A model generated the notes under the pieces. It searched no databases. It had not been told where the DNA came from and saw only the letters and a list, made by a program, of their open reading frames with translations. The position numbers and the translations under genes are program-made. From positions 1,440,001 to 1,504,000 of the forward strand of contig CAVQEQ010000003.1 of assembly GCA_963711565.1 (NCBI GenBank): a stretch of DNA of 64,000 nucleotides, read 5' to 3'. This document shows positions 59,278-64,000 of the stretch, piece after piece; position 1 is the first letter of the stretch; each line of letters starts with the position of its first letter. This stretch comes from an uncultured delta proteobacterium (GTDB lineage: Bacteria; Desulfobacterota; Binatia; Binatales; Binataceae).

Positions 59278-59514
59278 ATGCCAGGCCTCACGCCCTGTAA
59301 ACGTCGCGAGTTCATCCGCAAGCTTAGAGCACTTCATTATGCCGGACCCTACAGCGGCGGCAATCACAGTTTCATGGAGAGAACGGCCGCGGTAACAATC
59401 TCCGGAGCTGCGCAGACAATCAGAGTACCGAACACGGATCTCGACGACGTTGGATTGCTGAAGCGTATTTTACGAAACGCGGGCATCCCGGACGACGCCT
59501 TCATCAGCGCCTAA
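59278..59514 (+). CDS. hicA: HicA-family toxin
   Basis: REFIRKLRAL...GGNHSFM...VPN...LLKRILRNAGI. Confidence 0.85.
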   Translation: MPGLTPCKRREFIRKLRALHYAGPYSGGNHSFMERTAAVTISGAAQTIRVPNTDLDDVGLLKRILRNAGIPDDAFISA

Positions 59515-59553
59515 AAAAAGCGAAGGCCGCTCGGAGTTTTCGATCGGCCTTCG
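59513..59553 (-). terminator. Intrinsic terminator for the ADH genes
   Basis: Stem CGAAGGCCG...CGGCCTTCG with an adjacent A7 on the plus strand (U7 on minus). Confidence 0.75.
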
Positions 59554-59564
59554 GTGTATCGGAA

Positions 59565-59599
59565 CCTAACCCTAACCCCTTCCCCTGGTGGAAGGGGAA
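59565..59599. repeat. Degenerate REP-like element
   Basis: CCTAACCC...CCCCTTCC-CCTGGT-GGAAGGGG, with the same layout as the 16389 and 19538 elements. Confidence 0.45.
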
Positions 59600-59622
59600 G
59601 CGGATTTGAGAGTCGGTGCGTC

Positions 59623-60708
59623 CTACTCGAACATCAGGACTGTGCGCGCGACTTCGCCGGCCTTCATCGCGCGGAATGCCTCGTTGACATCCTCCAGTTT
59701 GCCGCGCCGCGTGATCATATCGTCGAGGTCGAGCCGCCCTTGCTGATAGAGCTCGATGATGCGCGGCATGTCGATGCGGAAGCGGTTCGACCCCATGAAG
59801 CATCCCTGGATGCGCTTCTCGTACAGCAGCGAGAAGCCCTCGACGTTGACCTTCTGCCCGATCGGGACCATCCCGACGATCGTCGCGATGCCGCCCGAGG
59901 CGAGCGCTTGATAAGCCTGCTCGGCCGCGACCTTGAGTCCGATCGCTTCGAACGAGTACTCGACGCCACCGCCGGTGAGCTCGCGAATCTGAGCTACCGC
60001 GTCGCCCTTCGACGCGTTAACGGCGTGAGTCGCGCCGAGCTTCTTGGCGAGCTCGAGCTTGGAGGCGAACTTGTTGACCGCGATGATCATGCGCGCGCCC
60101 GCGATTCGCGCGCCCTGGATGATCGCGAGGCCGACGCCGCCGGCTCCGAACACGGCGACCGTCGATCCCGGCGCAACCTTCGCGGTGTTGAGCGCGGCGC
60201 CGACGCCCGTCATCACGCCGCATCCGATCAGCGCCGCGCGATCGAGCGGCACGTCGTTGCCAATCTTCACCAGCGCGTTTTCATGCAGCAGCATTTTTTC
60301 CGCGTAGCCCGACAGGTCGGCGAACTGATTGACCATCTTGCCCTTCTGCGAGAGGCGCGGCTTGTCGCCGGCGCCGCGCTGCGTGGCGGCCTTGTTCGAG
60401 CAGAGATTGGGATGGCCCGACATGCAGTCCTCGCAGTAGCCGCAGAAGACCGAGAGGCACGCGATCACGTGATCGCCGGGCTTGAGGTACGAGACCTGCG
60501 ATCCGACTTTCTCGACGACGCCGGCCGCCTCGTGGCCGAGCACCGCGGGCGTCGGCCACATGTAGAGGCCGTCCACGAAATGGAGATCGCTGTGACAGAC
60601 GCCGCTCGCGACCGTGCGCACGACGACTTCGCGCTCTTTGGGTTCGTCGATATCGACCTGCTCGATAGTGAGTGGCTGACCGGGACCGTGGAAGACAGCA
60701 GCTTTCAT
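59623..60708 (-). CDS. Zn-dependent alcohol dehydrogenase (class III-like), copy 2
   Basis: CHSDLH, GHE, CGYCEDC...C, GCGV, GAGGVG. Confidence 0.95.
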   Translation of the reverse strand: MKAAVFHGPGQPLTIEQVDIDEPKEREVVVRTVASGVCHSDLHFVDGLYMWPTPAVLGHEAAGVVEKVGSQVSYLKPGDHVIACLSVFCGYCEDCMSGHPNLCSNKAATQRGAGDKPRLSQKGKMVNQFADLSGYAEKMLLHENALVKIGNDVPLDRAALIGCGVMTGVGAALNTAKVAPGSTVAVFGAGGVGLAIIQGARIAGARMIIAVNKFASKLELAKKLGATHAVNASKGDAVAQIRELTGGGVEYSFEAIGLKVAAEQAYQALASGGIATIVGMVPIGQKVNVEGFSLLYEKRIQGCFMGSNRFRIDMPRIIELYQQGRLDLDDMITRRGKLEDVNEAFRAMKAGEVARTVLMFE

Positions 60709-60753
60709 TTGGATTGCTCCTTGAATTCTATTTTCGTTTCGCGCGGGCGCGAG

Positions 60754-61842
60754 TTAGTTGAACATCAACACCGTGCGCGCGACCTCGCCCGCCTTCATCG
60801 CGCGGAATGCGTCGTTGACGTCTTCGAGTTTGCGGCGCTGGCTGATCATGTCGTCGAGATTGAGGCGCCCCTGCAAGTAGAAGTCGATGTACTTGGGCAT
60901 GTCGATGCGGAAGCGGTTCGAGCCCATGTTCGAGCCTTGCAGTTTGCGCTCGGTGAGAAACATGTAGCCGTCGAGTTCGACCTTCTGGCCGACGGGGATC
61001 ATGCCGATCACGGTTGCGGTGCCGCCGGGCTTGATCGCGAGGAAGGCCTGCTCGGCGACCTTCTTGAGTCCGATCGCTTCGAACGAGTAGTCGACGCCCG
61101 CGCCGTCGGTCAGCTTTCTGATCTCATCGACGGCGTCGCTGCTCGACGCGTCAACGGTGTCGGTCGCGCCCAGCCGCTTGGCCATCGCGAGCTTGCCCTC
61201 AAACATATCGACCGCGATTATCTTGCGCGCACCCGCAATTCGCGCGCCCTGGATTGCCGCGAGTCCGACGCCGCCCGCGCCGAACACCGCGACCGTCGAT
61301 CCGGGCTCGATCTTCGCCGTGTTGAGCACCGCGCCGACGCCGGTGGTGACGCCGCATCCGATGAGCGCGGCGCGATCGAGCGGCAGGTCTTCGCGAATCT
61401 TCACCACCGCGTTCTCATGCAGCAGCATCTTCTCGCAGTACGACGAGATGTCGAGGAACTGGTTGACGGGCTGGCCCTTCTGCGAGATGCGCGGCTTGTC
61501 GCCGGGCTTGCGCTGCGTGGCGGCCTTGTTCGAGCATCGATTCGGATGCCCCGACATGCACTGCTCGCAATTGCCGCAGAACACCGACAGGCAGCAGATC
61601 ACGTGGTCGCCGGGCTTCACGTAGGTCACCTGTTTGCCGACTTCCTCGATGATGCCGGCGGCCTCGTGGCCGAGAACCGCGGGGGCAGCGTATGGGTAGA
61701 GACCTTCGACGAAATGGAGATCGCTGTGGCACACGCCACTCGCAACGGTTTTGATCAGGACTTCGCGGTCCTGCGGTTTGTCGAGTTCGACGTCCTCGAT
61801 ACTGAGGGGCAACTTGGGCCCGTGGAAGACTGCGGCTTTCAT
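60754..61842 (-). CDS. Zn-dependent alcohol dehydrogenase (class III-like), copy 1
   Basis: Same motifs; clear tandem paralog of 59623-60708. Confidence 0.95.
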   Translation of the reverse strand: MKAAVFHGPKLPLSIEDVELDKPQDREVLIKTVASGVCHSDLHFVEGLYPYAAPAVLGHEAAGIIEEVGKQVTYVKPGDHVICCLSVFCGNCEQCMSGHPNRCSNKAATQRKPGDKPRISQKGQPVNQFLDISSYCEKMLLHENAVVKIREDLPLDRAALIGCGVTTGVGAVLNTAKIEPGSTVAVFGAGGVGLAAIQGARIAGARKIIAVDMFEGKLAMAKRLGATDTVDASSSDAVDEIRKLTDGAGVDYSFEAIGLKKVAEQAFLAIKPGGTATVIGMIPVGQKVELDGYMFLTERKLQGSNMGSNRFRIDMPKYIDFYLQGRLNLDDMISQRRKLEDVNDAFRAMKAGEVARTVLMFN

Positions 61843-61998
61843 TCTGAGTGCTCCTTGAGTGTGGCGATAAAGTTGGCCGCGCGCGCGATTGATGACATCT
61901 GCCGCGCGAGCGCCGTGGCGATCACTTTACTTACCACACTGACGGCGCATTTCCAGCGCTTTCACGCACTGAGTCGGGCGCGCTAGCGATTGTGGCGA

Positions 61999-62427
61999 TC
62001 AGCGCTTGACGAACGAGTATTTCTTTGGCGCGTGCTCGCGAAGATAATTGCGCAGCGAGTCCATGCCCCGGTCGCGAACCGTTGCTTGCCAACCTCGCGC
62101 GGACTTCTCTTCGATCCACCATTCGTTGGCGGCCAGCCTGATATAGACGATCATCGTGTAGCTGATCTCGGCGCTGCCGCGACCGCCAAAATGGGTCAAC
62201 GGCAGGTCGAACTCATCGAACAGTTCCTGCCAGTAAGTCCAGGTCAGGCCAAAAGGCTTTGACGTCGTCGCCGGACCGTCAGGAACATCCTGAGATTTTA
62301 TGTCGAAGCGCCGCATCAACGCTTTCTGCAAGCGGTACGCCGCCTCGGCCTCTGCCGCGAGGGCTCCGTTATCTGTGCTGACCTTGCGCAGCAGTGCGAT
62401 CTTTCGCAGTGCGTCTTCGACGGTCAT
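61999..62427 (-). CDS. Hypothetical protein with DUF2786-like N-terminal helical hairpin
   Basis: LRKIALLRK...AEAEAAYRL...LMRRFDI resembles the DUF2786 pattern; start ATG 62427 or TTG 62439. Confidence 0.6.
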   Translation of the reverse strand: MTVEDALRKIALLRKVSTDNGALAAEAEAAYRLQKALMRRFDIKSQDVPDGPATTSKPFGLTWTYWQELFDEFDLPLTHFGGRGSAEISYTMIVYIRLAANEWWIEEKSARGWQATVRDRGMDSLRNYLREHAPKKYSFVKR

Positions 62428-62542
62428 CGACTTCCCCAACAGGTTGGCAGTCCCCCCAAATCGGCCGTAAAGTTACCCATATCGCGCGTAAGACGCAAGT
62501 TCCTTTTGATAACTGGTCTAAATTCCAGGAAATGGGTGATCG

Positions 62543-64000
62543 TTATGGGAAAAATGAGGGCTTGGCCGTGCCCTTGAACGGTACGCCTTCGAGGCGCGCG
62601 GCAGGTGAGTCTGCGCGCGCGTAAAGCCGGGCAACGTCGTCGCTGTAGATAAGCCGCCAATCGGGTTGGGAATCCATCAGCTTCGACTGCGGCCAATCCC
62701 GCTTCATCAAAACGAAATCAGTCGGATAGGCGACGAGCGTATGCACGCCGCCCGGCTTGCCTCGATCCAGCGCCATGAAGTCCGCGATTACTTTCGGTGG
62801 ATAGCCGAGATCGTAGCGGCTGTCGATGAAGACCCGGGTGCCTGGTTGGGCGTGCCAAAGTACGTACTCACCCCAAGCGTAGTTGGGCAGCACGTTTCCC
62901 ACCAACCCGTGGCTGTTCATGAAATCGACGGCTTCGGCAGGATTGCCTGACGCGTCAATTCCAGGCTTCAGGATTCCGCTGTAGCGCGCGAACCCGAGCG
63001 CAACGCAGGCTATCACAAGTTCCATGATCCATCGGCCTGCACGCGGTACGGCTCGCGCGGCTGGGGCGAAGGAGGCCTCGCGTGGGCGTAGCAGCAAACC
63101 CAGGTGGTAGGCGAACACCGGAACGATCGCGATCGTTGCGATCGCGATATTGCGCTGGGCCTTGAACGCGCTCGCGAGCAGTACGGCGGCGACGGCCACT
63201 ATCGGCGCGTCCGCGATCCTCGGTCTTAAGATCACAGATACAACCGCCGCGGCAAAAAAGAGCATCACCATGACGAAATACTTTTGCTCGAGGCTGCCGG
63301 GAGGTGCGGTCGTCAGAGAAGCAATCAGCGGCTTCCAATCGACAATGTCGCCGGGCGTCATCGGGTTGCGGATCGAATAGATCAGCGTGTACCAGGTCTC
63401 GCGCGCAGGCGGGATCAGAAACGTGCACAACGTCGATGCGGCAGCGGCCGCCGTGATCGCAATGACGACGAGGCCGCGACGCGGCCCGCGGCCGGTCAAA
63501 ATGTCGGACACGACGGCTATCGCTCCGTACGCGCCCATCGCGACCAGGCCGATGAAAAATCCGCCGTGAAGATTGCTCCAGATCGCCATGATCGGAATTG
63601 CAAGCCACAGCGGCGCCGAACCGCGCCAGTTGTGACGAGCAAGCATCGTGACAATTGCCGACAACAAGATGAAATCGAATAGCTGCGGCCGGAACTGCAT
63701 CGAAGGAACAATCACCAGGGCCGCGATCAGAGTGATTACCGCCTGCACGCCCGCCGGCGCGCCGGTTTCGGACTCGGCGAGCACGATAAAGGAGATGGTG
63801 CCGGCCGTGCAGAGGAACTTGAGCAGCTTCAGCCCGAAGGGTCCGAAGCGGTCGAAAATCGCGCTCATCACGACTTCGCTCAACCATTCATGGTGCAGCC
63901 AGCGGAAGTCCGGCGCGGAATACGAGTAGATGTTGTTGGGCGGCAGCGAACCATGCGCGAGCAGCGCGCGGCCCCAGAGAATGTGGCCCCACAAATCGGG
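62543..64000 (-). CDS. Multi-pass membrane protein, GT-C-like (5' truncated by the window end)
   Basis: PDLWGH..GR, YSYSA...W..HEWLSEV, RPQLF, WSNLHGGF and FIDSRYDLGY motifs. Confidence 0.65.
   Translation of the reverse strand, partial: PDLWGHILWGRALLAHGSLPPNNIYSYSAPDFRWLHHEWLSEVVMSAIFDRFGPFGLKLLKFLCTAGTISFIVLAESETGAPAGVQAVITLIAALVIVPSMQFRPQLFDFILLSAIVTMLARHNWRGSAPLWLAIPIMAIWSNLHGGFFIGLVAMGAYGAIAVVSDILTGRGPRRGLVVIAITAAAAASTLCTFLIPPARETWYTLIYSIRNPMTPGDIVDWKPLIASLTTAPPGSLEQKYFVMVMLFFAAAVVSVILRPRIADAPIVAVAAVLLASAFKAQRNIAIATIAIVPVFAYHLGLLLRPREASFAPAARAVPRAGRWIMELVIACVALGFARYSGILKPGIDASGNPAEAVDFMNSHGLVGNVLPNYAWGEYVLWHAQPGTRVFIDSRYDLGYPPKVIADFMALDRGKPGGVHTLVAYPTDFVLMKRDWPQSKLMDSQPDWRLIYSDDVARLYARADSPAARLEGVPFKGTAKPSFFP

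Noticed and set aside
59554-61986. 810-aa plus-strand ORF
   Set aside because: Antisense shadow of the two ADH genes; high-GC codon bias leaves the opposite frame open.

Overview
GC-rich bacterial chromosomal window. The gene content (DUF1302 barrel, Pro/Thr-linked choice-of-anchor-D/ASH proteins, S53 protease, F420-dependent LLM) suggests a diderm soil bacterium such as Candidatus Binatota; this is inference, not tested. From left to right: (1) a minus-strand Rrf2 - YezD/OscA - beta-helix protein - OprO/P porin module with two Rrf2-like boxes and a duplicated ~120-nt structured leader containing a conserved uORF and an SD-sequestering stem (the most novel-looking signal); (2) LLM oxidoreductase, S9 peptidase, KirBac channel and fatty-acid desaturase; (3) a 7-kb block of secreted proteins (giant S53 protease, ASH-domain protein, two small 6-Cys paralogs) lying between the desaturase and a cfa-like methyltransferase; (4) Fur/PerR-katG; (5) a secreted repeat protein and a DUF1302 barrel; (6) an RfaH-like NusG paralog ahead of a ~28-kb single-strand surface-glycan locus (SLBB exporter, SLT, Wzi, Wzz, 12 glycosyltransferases including four tandem mosaic GT2 paralogs, two methyltransferases, Wzy-like protein, carbamoyltransferase, GDP-mannose 3,5-epimerase, cupin) plus gmd; (7) metH, an epimerase, hicBA, two tandem Zn-ADHs and a truncated GT-C-like membrane protein. 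No rRNA, tRNA, CRISPR array, integrase or transposase was recognised. Two apparent +1 frameshifts may be sequencing errors. All family calls come from motif recognition by eye; no searches were run.
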